This document shows positions 38,426-47,933 of a stretch of DNA of 64,000 bases, piece after piece (the stretch's first letter is position 1; each line of letters begins with the position of its first letter). This DNA is from Candidatus Binatia bacterium (lineage in GTDB: Bacteria; Desulfobacterota; Binatia; UBA9968). A model generated the notes under the pieces. The model was not told where the DNA came from and did not search any database. It worked only from the letters and a program-made list of their open reading frames with translations. The DNA lies in the NCBI GenBank assembly GCA_041483675.1, contig JBGPGE010000003.1, positions 22,502-86,501 of the forward strand. Reading direction: 5' to 3'. The translations under genes and the position numbers were made by a program.

Positions 38426-38454
38426 TTGACCCTACGAAAAAATTTCGCTAGGTT
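38426..38454 (+). promoter_or_regulatory. Candidate promoter TTGACC-N17-TAGGTT with internal palindrome CGAAAAAATTTCG upstream of the UbiD gene
   Basis: Seen in the 175-bp intergenic region. The spacing fits a sigma70 pattern. Confidence 0.3.
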
Positions 38455-38506
38455 TGTGGAAGTTTGAGTATTTCGGCGGCGTTTCGGTTAGGCAAGGAGG
38501 AATAGG

Positions 38507-39943
38507 ATGGAATATCGCGATTTAAGAGACTGGATTAAGGTAGCGGGAGAGGGCGAGGTCAGGACCCTCACCGGCTGCGACTGGAACCTGGAGATCGGCG
38601 CAGTCACCGAGTTGGTGGGCCATAAAGAGGACGGGCCCGCCGTTCTGTTCGACGACATCAAGGGCTTCCCCAAAGGCTACCGGATTTTGTCCAATTCGCT
38701 CAGCTCGCGCAAGCGACTGGCCCTCACGTTAAATATGTCTCCCGGCGAGAGCAAGATGGACTTTGTTCGCGCCTGGCGGGAAAGGTACAAACAGATCAAG
38801 CCGATTCCCGCCAAGGTCGTCAAAAACGCCCCCGCGCTCGAGAATATCCAGCGCGACGGCGAGGTCGATATTCTGAAATTCCCTACGCCGAAATGGCACG
38901 AGCACGACGGCGGCCGCTACATCGGCACCGGCAGCATCGACATCACGCGTGACCCGGACGAAGGCTGGGTCAATTACGGAACCTACCGGGTGATGATTCA
39001 CGACAAGGACACGGTCGGTTTCTACATCTCACCGGGAAAACACGGCCGCATCCAGCGCGAGAAATATTCCGGGACCGGGCGGCCCTGCAAGATCGCCATG
39101 TCGTTCGGCCACGATCCGCTGACCTTTTTGGCCGGCAGCATCGAAGTGCCCTACGGCGTGCAGGAGTGCGACTTTATCGGCGGCGTGCGCGGCGAGCCGT
39201 TTGAAGTCTTCGAGGGCGAATACACGGGCCTGCCGATCCCCGCGACCTCCGAGATCGCCGTCGAAGGGGACGTGATCTTCGATCAGCCGAGGACCGAAGG
39301 GCCTTTCGGCGAGTGGACGGGTTATTACGCGAGCGATGAGCGGCCCGAGCCGATCGTCAAGATCAAACGGGTTTATCACCGTAACAATCCGATCATCCTC
39401 GGCTCGCCTCCGGGGAGGCCGCCGGCGGAGTTGGGCTGGTACCGGTCCTATCTGCGGTCCGCTTTGATCTGGGACGAGATGGAAAAGGCCGGCGTGCCGG
39501 ACGTGAAAGGCGTATGGCTGACCGTTTCGGGCGGAAGCCGCCTCATGCTGGTGGTCGCCATCAAGCAGCGCTATCCGGGCCACGCCCGCCAAGCGGCTCT
39601 GGTGGCGTCGCAATGTCACGCCGGCGCCTACCTGGGACGCTACGTGATCGTGGTGGACGAGGACATAGACCCCAGCAACAACGACGATGTCATGTGGGCG
39701 ATGTCGACCCGCTCCGATCCGGTCGAGGATATCGAGATCCTCCGGCGCTGCTGGAGCGGGCCGCTCGATCCGATCATCCATCCGAGCAAGAAAGGCTTCA
39801 ATTCGCGGGCGATCATCGATGCCTGCCGGCCGTACGAGTGGATGAAAGATTTCCCCAAAGTCGCGGAGTCGAGCAAGGAAGTTCTCGACGCCACCGAGAA
39901 AAAGTGGGGCAAAATCCTGTTCAGCGGCAACGGCGCGCGTTAA
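38507..39943 (+). CDS. UbiD-family (prFMN-dependent) decarboxylase
   Basis: Collinear with the UbiD family: N-terminal MEYRDLRDWI, then DGGRYIGTG, ISPGKHG and GHDP. AAGGAGG RBS. Confidence 0.85.
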   Translation: MEYRDLRDWIKVAGEGEVRTLTGCDWNLEIGAVTELVGHKEDGPAVLFDDIKGFPKGYRILSNSLSSRKRLALTLNMSPGESKMDFVRAWRERYKQIKPIPAKVVKNAPALENIQRDGEVDILKFPTPKWHEHDGGRYIGTGSIDITRDPDEGWVNYGTYRVMIHDKDTVGFYISPGKHGRIQREKYSGTGRPCKIAMSFGHDPLTFLAGSIEVPYGVQECDFIGGVRGEPFEVFEGEYTGLPIPATSEIAVEGDVIFDQPRTEGPFGEWTGYYASDERPEPIVKIKRVYHRNNPIILGSPPGRPPAELGWYRSYLRSALIWDEMEKAGVPDVKGVWLTVSGGSRLMLVVAIKQRYPGHARQAALVASQCHAGAYLGRYVIVVDEDIDPSNNDDVMWAMSTRSDPVEDIEILRRCWSGPLDPIIHPSKKGFNSRAIIDACRPYEWMKDFPKVAESSKEVLDATEKKWGKILFSGNGAR

Positions 39944-39953
39944 CGGCTCTTCT

Positions 39954-40751
39954 CTAGGGGGACGGTGGCGCCTGGAGCGGTAGCTCCAGCGCCACCGTCT
40001 TTCCTTTTCTCAGCAGTTCGATCTTAACCGGCGAGGCTTTTGAAGCGGCTTCAAGGAACGCTTCAAGCTCCGCCGCTTTCTGAAGCGGCTTGTTGTTCGC
40101 CTTCAAGATAATATCGCCCCGTTGAACGCCGGCCTCCGCCGCCGCGCTCCCCAGTTCCACGTCGGCCACCAGCACCCCGCTTTTCGCCGCGAGGTCGAGG
40201 AGTCTCGCCAGCTCCGGTGTGAGATCCTGCCCCTGAATTCCTAGCTTTCGAAGGTGATCTTGTTTCTCTTCTGCAGGCAGGGGCTGCGCCTTGGCCAGAA
40301 CCTTGGTCGTCGCATAAATCGGCGCTTTCATCCTTAAAGCCACGGCGATCGCGTCGCTCGGTCTGGAGTCGATCTGATAGTCCTGCCCCCTCAAGCGCAA
40401 CGCGATGCTCGCGTAATAGACGTTGTCGCGCAAATCGGTGATGGTGATCCGCTGCACGGTCGCTCCGACGCCGTTTAAGATATTGCGAATGAGATCGTGC
40501 GCGTTCGGCCTCGGCGCCGCCATCTTTTCCAGCTCCAGGGCAATCGAGGTCGCCTCCTCGCCGCCGATCCAGATCGGGAGCGGCTCCTTCTTGCCGGCGC
40601 TTTCGAGGATCACGACCGGCGTCTTGCTGTAGGGGTCGAGCACCACCCGCCTGACCTTCATCTCGACCGAAGGCTCCTCTTGGGCGGCGGAGACCCAAGA
40701 GGGAAACAAGCATATCAGCAGAATGGCGATCCACGGAAATCCGGTTTTCAT
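39954..40751 (-). CDS. Secreted bifunctional-nuclease-family (DUF151) protein with C-terminal PDZ domain
   Basis: Signal peptide MKTGFPWIAILLICLFPSWVSAAQE. DUF151 core VVLDPYSKTPVVILE...PLPIWIGGEEATSIA...AHDLI. PDZ-like GVLVADVELGSAAAEAGVQRGDIILKANNK. GGAGGG RBS. Confidence 0.65.
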   Translation of the reverse strand: MKTGFPWIAILLICLFPSWVSAAQEEPSVEMKVRRVVLDPYSKTPVVILESAGKKEPLPIWIGGEEATSIALELEKMAAPRPNAHDLIRNILNGVGATVQRITITDLRDNVYYASIALRLRGQDYQIDSRPSDAIAVALRMKAPIYATTKVLAKAQPLPAEEKQDHLRKLGIQGQDLTPELARLLDLAAKSGVLVADVELGSAAAEAGVQRGDIILKANNKPLQKAAELEAFLEAASKASPVKIELLRKGKTVALELPLQAPPSP

Positions 40752-40777
40752 GTTTCCCTCCTGGAGGCTTGAAGGCC

Positions 40778-41875
40778 TCACTTGCGGAGTAGGGATGGAG
40801 CCAATGGCAGTTGCGCGATCCGGCCGGCGATCTTGCGGCCGCCGTTATCGACGGTAATCGGTGTGCCCGGCGCGAGAAAATCCCGATGGACGTAGCCGAG
40901 CGCTACCGGTCGTTCCAGCGCCGGCGAGAGGACGGAGCTGGTAATCTTGCCGATCTCGCGCCCGTCGCTTTCAACCGTGGCGCCGCGCGCGGCCGCGTCG
41001 CTTCCCTCCAACACAATGGCCGCCAGCTTTCGGTTGACGTGGCCGCGCGAGCGGATGCGCTCCACGACTTCCTGGCCCAAATAGCAGCCCTTATGAAAAC
41101 TGACGGCGTCGTCCAGGCCGATCTCCAGGAACAGCGTATTCTCGTCCATATCGACGCCGTAGCGCGGGATGCCCGCCTCGACGCGCAGCAGTTCCTGCGC
41201 TTGACACCCGACCCAACGGAGGGAGAACGGCGCTCCGGTTTTTTGGATTTGCGCGACGACGGAGGCGAGACTTTGCAGCTCGATCAATAGATCGAAGCCC
41301 TCTTCGCCGGTGTGCGTCGAGCGGATCGCGCGAACGTCACGGTCTGCAATGCGGATCGCGCGATGGCTGTGCATTTCCTGGGGAATTTCGCTCGGAGGAA
41401 CGACTGCTCCGAGCATGGATCGGGCCTTAGGCCCTTGGAGCGAGATCATGCCATATGCCGTTTCCGGCGCTGCGATCTCAACGTCATCGGCAACGAGATA
41501 GCGGTTTAGGTGAGCCGCGACCTTTTGCGCCAGCGGCTCCGAGAGCAAGAGCATGAAAGAGTTTTCCGTCGAGAGGACTCTCAAGTCCGCCAGGATTTTG
41601 CCGCTCACGTCGAGGACCGCGGCGGACATGCCGCTTCCCGGTAGCAGTTTTTTCACGTCATTGGTCACCATGCCCTGGAGAAAGGAGACGCGGTCCGGGC
41701 CGGTGAGGGTGAAGACAGTGTAGTCGCACATGTCCAGTATTCCCACGCCGGAGCGGACGGCGCGGTATTCGTCGAGCGGAGCGCCGAAATGAGCGGGCAG
41801 AATCCAGCCGTTTTCGTCGACCATTTCAGCGCCGTTGGCGCGGTGGAACTCGAGGAGAGGAGTCGGCTGAGCCAT
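40778..41875 (-). CDS. Glycine-cleavage T-protein family aminomethyltransferase (folate-binding)
   Basis: MAQPTPLLEFHRANGAEMVDENGWILPAHFGAPLDEYRAVRSGVGILDMCDYTVFTLTGPD aligns closely with the E. coli GcvT N-terminus. No gcvH or gcvP is adjacent. The upstream in-frame ORF extension to 42796 is judged non-coding. Confidence 0.75.
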   Translation of the reverse strand: MAQPTPLLEFHRANGAEMVDENGWILPAHFGAPLDEYRAVRSGVGILDMCDYTVFTLTGPDRVSFLQGMVTNDVKKLLPGSGMSAAVLDVSGKILADLRVLSTENSFMLLLSEPLAQKVAAHLNRYLVADDVEIAAPETAYGMISLQGPKARSMLGAVVPPSEIPQEMHSHRAIRIADRDVRAIRSTHTGEEGFDLLIELQSLASVVAQIQKTGAPFSLRWVGCQAQELLRVEAGIPRYGVDMDENTLFLEIGLDDAVSFHKGCYLGQEVVERIRSRGHVNRKLAAIVLEGSDAAARGATVESDGREIGKITSSVLSPALERPVALGYVHRDFLAPGTPITVDNGGRKIAGRIAQLPLAPSLLRK

Positions 41876-41944
41876 GCCAGGGGAATATAGCTCCATCGAT
41901 CGAGGTTGACAATGCGGCGGGGGATTACGTTTAATGAAGGCCCT

Positions 41945-42856
41945 ATGGTTCGGGTGAAGAAGGAGTTGGATCTCCATAAACTCGAAGTGCTCTATTGGGT
42001 CGCCGAGCTGAAGAGCTTCTCGCTCGCGGCCGAGCATCTTTCGCTCAGGCAGCCCACGATCAGCGCGCACATTCGGGTGTTGGAAGAGACACTCGGCTCC
42101 AAGGTTATCAATCGAGTCGGCGGCGAGGCGACTCCCACCGCGCTCGGGCAGATGCTGGTTGAGCGGGCGAAGGGGCTGCTCGCGCTCAAAAAAGAGATGC
42201 TCGTCGCCCTGGATCAGTTTCACGGCAAGGTGAGGGGAGAGCTGCCGGTCGGAGGGAGCAACATTCCGGGCGAGTACATCCTGCCCCCCAAGCTGGCGAG
42301 CTTTGTCGAGCAGTATCCCGACGTCAAGCCGGTGCTCCGCATCGGCGATTCCGAGAGCATCGTCCAGGCCGTCCTGGATGGAGAGGTCGAGATCGGTTTC
42401 GTCGGCTTCAAAGGAGACGACCGGCGGCTCGCGTTTCACAAGCTCTGGAAAGACGAGATGGTCCTGGCCGTGCCGAAGAACCATCCGTGGGGCCGTCTCA
42501 GGGCGATCAATCTCAAGGAGCTCAGGAACGAAGGTTTTATATCCCGCGAGGGGGGCTCCGGGACGCTGCGCTCGTTCCGGAAACTGCTGGCCGGAAGGGG
42601 CGGAAAGCCGGAGCAGCTGCTTCGCGTGGTCATGGAGCTTGGCAGCACCGAGGCGATCAAAGAGGCGCTGATCGCCGGCTTCGGCATCTCCATTCTCTCC
42701 CGCACCTCCATCCAGCGGGAGCTCCGCGACGGCTTTCTCAAGGAAGTTCCGATTCGCGGGCTCAGGCTCGAGCGCGATTTTTATCAGGTCACTCACCGGC
42801 AGCGCTCTCTCTCGCCCGTATCCCAGGCGTTCGTCGCGTTCGTTCGACGAGCCTGA
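41945..42856 (+). CDS. LysR-family transcriptional regulator
   Basis: N-terminal HTH LHKLEVLYWVAELKSFSLAAEHLSLRQPTISAHIRVLEETLG and a C-terminal substrate-binding domain. Divergent from the GcvT-family gene across a 69-bp spacer. Confidence 0.8.
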   Translation: MVRVKKELDLHKLEVLYWVAELKSFSLAAEHLSLRQPTISAHIRVLEETLGSKVINRVGGEATPTALGQMLVERAKGLLALKKEMLVALDQFHGKVRGELPVGGSNIPGEYILPPKLASFVEQYPDVKPVLRIGDSESIVQAVLDGEVEIGFVGFKGDDRRLAFHKLWKDEMVLAVPKNHPWGRLRAINLKELRNEGFISREGGSGTLRSFRKLLAGRGGKPEQLLRVVMELGSTEAIKEALIAGFGISILSRTSIQRELRDGFLKEVPIRGLRLERDFYQVTHRQRSLSPVSQAFVAFVRRA

Positions 42857-42965
42857 GCGCTTCTCGCGCCATCTATCCTTTTCCCACTTCCATAGATGCT
42901 TTCTATTTGACAGATAGAATGGAATGTAGTCTAAAGATAAGCTTCACGGAAAAGGAGGGTCTCTC

Positions 42966-43832
42966 ATGTTGAAGCGACAGCTTAGCCTTAGCAGCATCTT
43001 GATTTTCTTTGCGGCGATCGCCGGCGTTGCATTTGCCCAGCAGGCGCCGAAAGAGTTGCGCATCTCGGCGATCCCGGACGAGAACCCGCAGGAGATGCTG
43101 CGCATCTACACGCCGTTCGCGGACTATCTCACCAAGGAGATCGGCATTCCGGTCAAATTCACCCCGGTCGTAGACTACGCTGCGACGGTGGAAGGTCTCG
43201 CGGGCAATAAACTGGAAATGGTCTGGTACGGAGGGCTCACCTCGGTGCAAGCCGCGCGCCAGGCGAAGGGCGCGCGCAGGGTGATCATGCGGAAAGAGGA
43301 CGCCGAGTTCAAAAGCCATTTCATCACCCGCAAAGAGACCGGCATCAAAGAGCTGAAGGACCTCAAAGGCAAGACCTTCTCCTTCGGCAGCGTCAGCTCC
43401 ACCTCCGGCCACTTGATGCCGCGCTACTTCCTGCTCAAGGCGGGCATCAATCCGGAGAAGGATTTTTCCAAGTTCGCCTTCAGCGGCGCTCACGATGCGA
43501 CGGCCGCCTGGGTCGAAGCGGCCAGAGTCGATGCCGGCGCGCTCAACTTTTTAGTCTGGGACAAGCTGGTGGAAACGAAGAAAGTGGATACCAGCAAAGT
43601 CGTTATCTTCTGGACGACCCCTCCGTATGTCGATTATGTCTGGATGGTGAGGGCCGGGCTGGACCAGGGGACGGTCGACAAGATTTCCAAGGCATTCCTC
43701 AAGCTCAACTACAACAACCCGGAGGACAAGAAGCTCCTCGACCTGCACCGGACTAAGGGTTACATCCCCGCGAAGGACGAAGACTGGAGGGGAACGGAAG
43801 AGGCTGCGATCGCCGCGGGGCTGGTGAAGTAG
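42966..43832 (+). CDS. phnD: Phosphonate/phosphite ABC transporter substrate-binding protein
   Basis: Signal peptide, then RISAIPDENPQEM...YGGLTSVQA...FGSVSSTSGHLMPRYFLL, typical of the PhnD/PtxB family. AAAAGGAGGG RBS. Confidence 0.8.
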   Translation: MLKRQLSLSSILIFFAAIAGVAFAQQAPKELRISAIPDENPQEMLRIYTPFADYLTKEIGIPVKFTPVVDYAATVEGLAGNKLEMVWYGGLTSVQAARQAKGARRVIMRKEDAEFKSHFITRKETGIKELKDLKGKTFSFGSVSSTSGHLMPRYFLLKAGINPEKDFSKFAFSGAHDATAAWVEAARVDAGALNFLVWDKLVETKKVDTSKVVIFWTTPPYVDYVWMVRAGLDQGTVDKISKAFLKLNYNNPEDKKLLDLHRTKGYIPAKDEDWRGTEEAAIAAGLVK

Positions 43833-44109
43833 GCTGGTTTGTCGGAGGAGTATGCATTATCTCTCGCGATCACCCTTGACGATGAAAGCCGCCGCCCGCT
43901 CTCCGAGCCTGCGCAATGGGTCGCTGCTTAATCCCACCGGCAGTATCGGATGCGCAGGCCCTCCGACCGGGCGCCGGCTTTTCCTGCGAGACCGAGGGGC
44001 GCGAGGGAGAGGGCCGCGGACGTCCGATGAGACCGGTTCGACTCATGGTAGCTACTCATCGGCCGCGGCCCGAAGACTCGCGCCGTGAGGGCTCGCTTTC
44101 GGAGGAATC

Positions 44110-44913
44110 ATGGAGCAGTACCGGCTGGAAAAGGTCGCCAAGGTTTTTTCGCGGCAGCAGATCGGCCTGGCGGGGATCGATCTGAGCGTCCGGCCGGGCG
44201 AGAAGATCGCGTTCATCGGGCCGAGCGGGGCCGGCAAGACGACTCTTTTCCGGCTGCTCAACCTGACTCTGAGGCCGAGCTCCGGCAAGCTCTGGCTCGA
44301 CGGCGACGACGTCGAGAAATTGCACGGCAAGAGGTTGCGGGAGACGCGATGCAAGATCGGCACAGTGTACCAGCAACACAACCTGGTCCCGCGCCTCAAA
44401 GTCATCCATAACGTGCTCTCGGGCCGGCTGGGGCGATGGTCCACGGCCGGCTCGCTTTTCTCCCTGGTGCGGCCGTTGGACGTCGAATCGGCCCACCAGG
44501 CGCTGAAACAGGTCGGAATCGAGGAAAAGATCTTCACCCGGACCGACGAGCTCTCCGGCGGCCAGCAACAGAGAGTGGCGATCGCGCGCGTGCTCATTCA
44601 AGATCCGGAAATCATTCTGGCCGACGAGCCGGTCTCGTCGGTCGATCCCTCGCTCGCCACGGCGATCGTCAGGCTGCTGATTGAGATCAGCCGGGACATG
44701 CGTAAGACGCTGCTGGTCAACCTGCACAGCGTCGATCTGGCGCTGGAGTTTTTTCCGCGGGTTATTGGAATAAAAAACGGCGCGGCGCTGTTCGACCTCT
44801 CGCCGGACAAGGTTACAGACGGTCTCCTGGAGGATCTCTACTCGAGCCATTTCCCGCAGAACGGCCGGGACGATATCACGGATGAAGAGCCCATCGCGCC
44901 TATCCTTCAATAA
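44110..44913 (+). CDS. phnC: Phosphonate ABC transporter ATP-binding protein
   Basis: Walker A GPSGAGKTT, signature LSGGQQQRVAIAR, Walker B ILADEP. Confidence 0.85.
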   Translation: MEQYRLEKVAKVFSRQQIGLAGIDLSVRPGEKIAFIGPSGAGKTTLFRLLNLTLRPSSGKLWLDGDDVEKLHGKRLRETRCKIGTVYQQHNLVPRLKVIHNVLSGRLGRWSTAGSLFSLVRPLDVESAHQALKQVGIEEKIFTRTDELSGGQQQRVAIARVLIQDPEIILADEPVSSVDPSLATAIVRLLIEISRDMRKTLLVNLHSVDLALEFFPRVIGIKNGAALFDLSPDKVTDGLLEDLYSSHFPQNGRDDITDEEPIAPILQ

Positions 44914-45736
44914 CTCGGAAAAATCGCTCTTTCCCTACCTGTTCGCCGTTCTCTTCGTTTTGACTTTGGCGGATAGCTGGCGACGGGTCGGAGTGGACCT
45001 GCTGGTTTTCTTCGAGCGCCAGGGACGGGAGAACATCGTCAAGTTCCTGGGCGGGATGTTCCCGCCCGACCTTTCCTCGGGCTTTCTGGCGCTCATGGTC
45101 GGCCCGACGCTGGAGACGATTCAGATCTCCGTCATGGGGACGCTGATCGCAATCGCCCTCGGCTTTCCGATCGGCATTCTGGCGACGAGAAATTTCAGCG
45201 TCGGGGGCATTTTGAACGAGGCCGACACTGCGGGCGCGCCCGGGCGCTTTGTGCTGCGCTTCTCGATCTATTGCTTTGCCAGGGGCCTTTTAAGCTTCTT
45301 CCGGTCGATCCCCGAGTTCGTCTGGGCCTTCATGTTCGTCCGGGCCGTCGGTCTGGGGCCGTTTCCCGGCGTGCTGGCGATCGGCGTCGCCTACGGCGGG
45401 ATGCTGGGCAAGGTCTATTCGGAAATCTTCGAAGCGGTCAATCCGCGGCCCCTGGAGGCGCTCCAGTCTACCGGCGCGAACAAGCTGCAAATATTTTTTT
45501 ACGGCTGGCTGCCGCAGGTGTTCCCGAATTTTATCTCCTACACCCTTTACCGGTGGGAGTGCGCGGTCAGGGCATCGGCGATTTTGGGCCTGGTCGGCGC
45601 CGGCGGCCTCGGACAGCAGATCGAGATCTCCATGCGGATGTTCAATTTCAACGAGATCCTGACGCTGCTCATCATTCTTTTTCTGATGGTGGCGGGAGTG
45701 GACTACATCAGCGCGAAGGTGCGGGCGATCTTATGA
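44882..45736 (+). CDS. phnE: Phosphonate ABC transporter permease
   Basis: PhnE-family permease with the EAA-like loop RGLLSFFRSIPEFVWAFMFVRAVGLGPFPG. Overlaps the phnC 3' end. Confidence 0.8.
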   Translation: MKSPSRLSFNNSEKSLFPYLFAVLFVLTLADSWRRVGVDLLVFFERQGRENIVKFLGGMFPPDLSSGFLALMVGPTLETIQISVMGTLIAIALGFPIGILATRNFSVGGILNEADTAGAPGRFVLRFSIYCFARGLLSFFRSIPEFVWAFMFVRAVGLGPFPGVLAIGVAYGGMLGKVYSEIFEAVNPRPLEALQSTGANKLQIFFYGWLPQVFPNFISYTLYRWECAVRASAILGLVGAGGLGQQIEISMRMFNFNEILTLLIILFLMVAGVDYISAKVRAIL

Positions 45737-45779
45737 CCCGTTCGACTATACTCAGGGTCATGGTGAGGAAGATCGAACC

Positions 45780-46661
45780 ATGAGCAGCCCCTCCGAGCGA
45801 AAGCGGTTTTCGGTCCCGTGGCCGGGCCACGAGGCGGCGGTCCGGCCGAATGTCGGCAATTACCTGATCACCGCCGGGCTGATCCTGCTGGTGTTCTGGA
45901 GTTACTCCGGCTCGGAAGTGCGCCTTAGCGAGCTGTTCAGCCGGGAGGCCGGCGGGCAGATCTTGGCTTACGTCAAGAAGCTGTTCCCGCCCGATCTCTC
46001 CGCTTTCACGCTGCAAGAGGCCGTGCGTGGAACGATCGAGACCTTCGCGATCTCCTTCCTCGGCACGATTATGGCGGCGGCGATCGCGCTCTGCGTCGTT
46101 TTTTTCGCTTCCCGCAATCTTATGTACTCTGGCCTGCTCTACGAAATGGAGCCGGGGGAGGGGTGGAAGCGGGCGCTCAGTCTCTTTCCCTACCTCGTGG
46201 CCAAGTCGCTGTTGAATATGCTGCGGACGATTCCGGAGATGGTGTGGGCGTTGATTTTCGTTTTCATCGTCGGCCTCGGCCCGTTTCCCGGGATGCTGGC
46301 TCTGGGAGTTCATACGGGAGGAGTCTTGGGTAAGCTCTTCGGCGAGGTGCTGGAGGATGTGGACATGCAGCCGATCGAATCGCTTCAATCCACCGGCGCA
46401 AACCGCTTGCAGATCCTATTTTACGGGATTCTGCCCCAGGTGCTGCCCCAGTTCATCTCCTACACGCTCTACCGCTGGGAGGTAAATATCCGCGTCGCCG
46501 CCGTGCTGGGCTTCGTCGGAGCCGGCGGGTTGGGGCAAAGAATTCACATCGCCATCAGCCTCTTTTTTGAAAATCAGCTCCTTACTTTTTTGATCTTCAT
46601 CTACGTCCTAGTGACGATCGTCGATTATCTGAGCGCGTATCTAAGACGGAAGGCGATCTGA
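45780..46661 (+). CDS. phnE: Phosphonate ABC transporter permease, second copy
   Basis: Paralog of the preceding gene. LNMLRTIPEMVWALIFVFIVGLGPFPG. Confidence 0.8.
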   Translation: MSSPSERKRFSVPWPGHEAAVRPNVGNYLITAGLILLVFWSYSGSEVRLSELFSREAGGQILAYVKKLFPPDLSAFTLQEAVRGTIETFAISFLGTIMAAAIALCVVFFASRNLMYSGLLYEMEPGEGWKRALSLFPYLVAKSLLNMLRTIPEMVWALIFVFIVGLGPFPGMLALGVHTGGVLGKLFGEVLEDVDMQPIESLQSTGANRLQILFYGILPQVLPQFISYTLYRWEVNIRVAAVLGFVGAGGLGQRIHIAISLFFENQLLTFLIFIYVLVTIVDYLSAYLRRKAI

Positions 46662-46677
46662 CGCGGAGAGGCTGCGC

Positions 46678-47910
46678 TCAGTTCCCGGCTTCGCGGACGA
46701 AATCCTTGATCCGCCCCGGTGTCGTGACGATCACGCGCAGGGCGCCGTCCGCTTCCAGCGAGAGCGGCGCAACCGCCACGCCTGCCTGTGCATTCTGGTA
46801 AACCCGGTGTTCTCCGGCGCCGGGCACAAACGGCGCTCCGGACAATTTGCCTATGCTCGGATTCGCGTTGGCCACGCGCACGATCCCGGTTCCCTCCGGT
46901 TGCGAGGTATCGACTTCGAGCACTAGCAGGCCAGCGGCGGGGAGCACCGCGTCGGCTCCCGTCTTTTGGCGATTCTCGATCAACAGATAGCGGCCGGCAT
47001 CGAGCGGGATGCGCACGACCAGCGGCCCGGCGCCCGAGGCGAGCGGTTTCAGCGCGACTTCACGTGTTTCTCCGGCCTTCATCGCAATGACTTGGTCTGG
47101 GGCGATCCAGCCGAGCTGCAATCGCGTGAATGAGGAGGGCGCGGGCGGAGGCAAATTGCGCTCGATCCAATGCTGGCTCATGATATCCCACGGTCCCGCG
47201 TGGATGGCGAACGTCTCGGGCAGCATCGGCGAAGAGCCTGGATTGCTTTGTAGCTCGTAGTCATAGAGGTCGGGCACGGCGCGCTTCCCGCCGCTGGCGC
47301 CGCCGAGCGCGTGCAGCAGGTCGTGGACAACGTGCCCGACGTGGGCGTTCTCGGCGCTGACGGTCACCGCGCCCGAGAACGAGCCGCCGCCGGGAAGGTT
47401 CACCGTTTCGAGCCTTGCTTTGTCTCCGCGCACGCTGGATAACATCCCGGGGTTGGCGGCATAGCCGATCATGCCGTATCCCTTTCCCGGACCCGTGAAG
47501 ACGCCGACCACGATCCACACCAAAGGATAAATCGACAGATCGACATCGCGCCGGGCCGCAGTGAGAGACTCGCTCACTAACCGGCGCACCCGGCTGCGGT
47601 CGACCTTGAAGTTATGCGGGCTCACCTGGTATTCGCCGACCGGCGCGGGCATGTCGTACCACCCGCCCAGTTTCGGCTCAAGCCACGCTTTGCCGTACGA
47701 GACCGTTCGTAGGTAGCGATCGACGCGGCTGATCTTGTCCTTGATTTGCGCCAGCGATAACGTTGGCTCGCTGCCCGGAAACCGTACCGCCACCACGAGT
47801 AACCGCTGAGCACCGATTGCCGATACGGGCTCCGCCACGTCGGCCGTCGCCGGCCCGGTAGCTAGGGCCATGGCGAGGAGCACTATCATAGGCATCAACA
47901 AGGGCTGCAT
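46678..47910 (-). CDS. Secreted putative zinc metalloprotease (M6/immune-inhibitor-A-like) with variant HDxxH motif
   Basis: Signal peptide MQPLLMPMIVLLAMALATGPATA. Motif VGHVVHDLLHALG (H-D-x-x-H) resembles the HExxH of the M6-like domain. Only 23 nt separate it from the VWA gene on the same strand. Confidence 0.5.
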   Translation of the reverse strand: MQPLLMPMIVLLAMALATGPATADVAEPVSAIGAQRLLVVAVRFPGSEPTLSLAQIKDKISRVDRYLRTVSYGKAWLEPKLGGWYDMPAPVGEYQVSPHNFKVDRSRVRRLVSESLTAARRDVDLSIYPLVWIVVGVFTGPGKGYGMIGYAANPGMLSSVRGDKARLETVNLPGGGSFSGAVTVSAENAHVGHVVHDLLHALGGASGGKRAVPDLYDYELQSNPGSSPMLPETFAIHAGPWDIMSQHWIERNLPPPAPSSFTRLQLGWIAPDQVIAMKAGETREVALKPLASGAGPLVVRIPLDAGRYLLIENRQKTGADAVLPAAGLLVLEVDTSQPEGTGIVRVANANPSIGKLSGAPFVPGAGEHRVYQNAQAGVAVAPLSLEADGALRVIVTTPGRIKDFVREAGN

Positions 47911-47933
47911 GGCTTTTCCTAATTCAATATCAC

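Noticed and set aside
41876-41944. Glycine riboswitch upstream of the GcvT-family gene
   Set aside because: Only 69 bp separate it from the divergent LysR gene. That is far too short for a tandem glycine aptamer, and no conserved aptamer motifs were seen.
40778-42796. Full 672-aa minus-strand ORF as a single gene
   Set aside because: Only the C-terminal 366 aa align with GcvT, starting at a MAQPTPL motif that matches the E. coli GcvT N-terminus. The upstream 300 aa have no domain features, so they are treated as a non-coding open frame.
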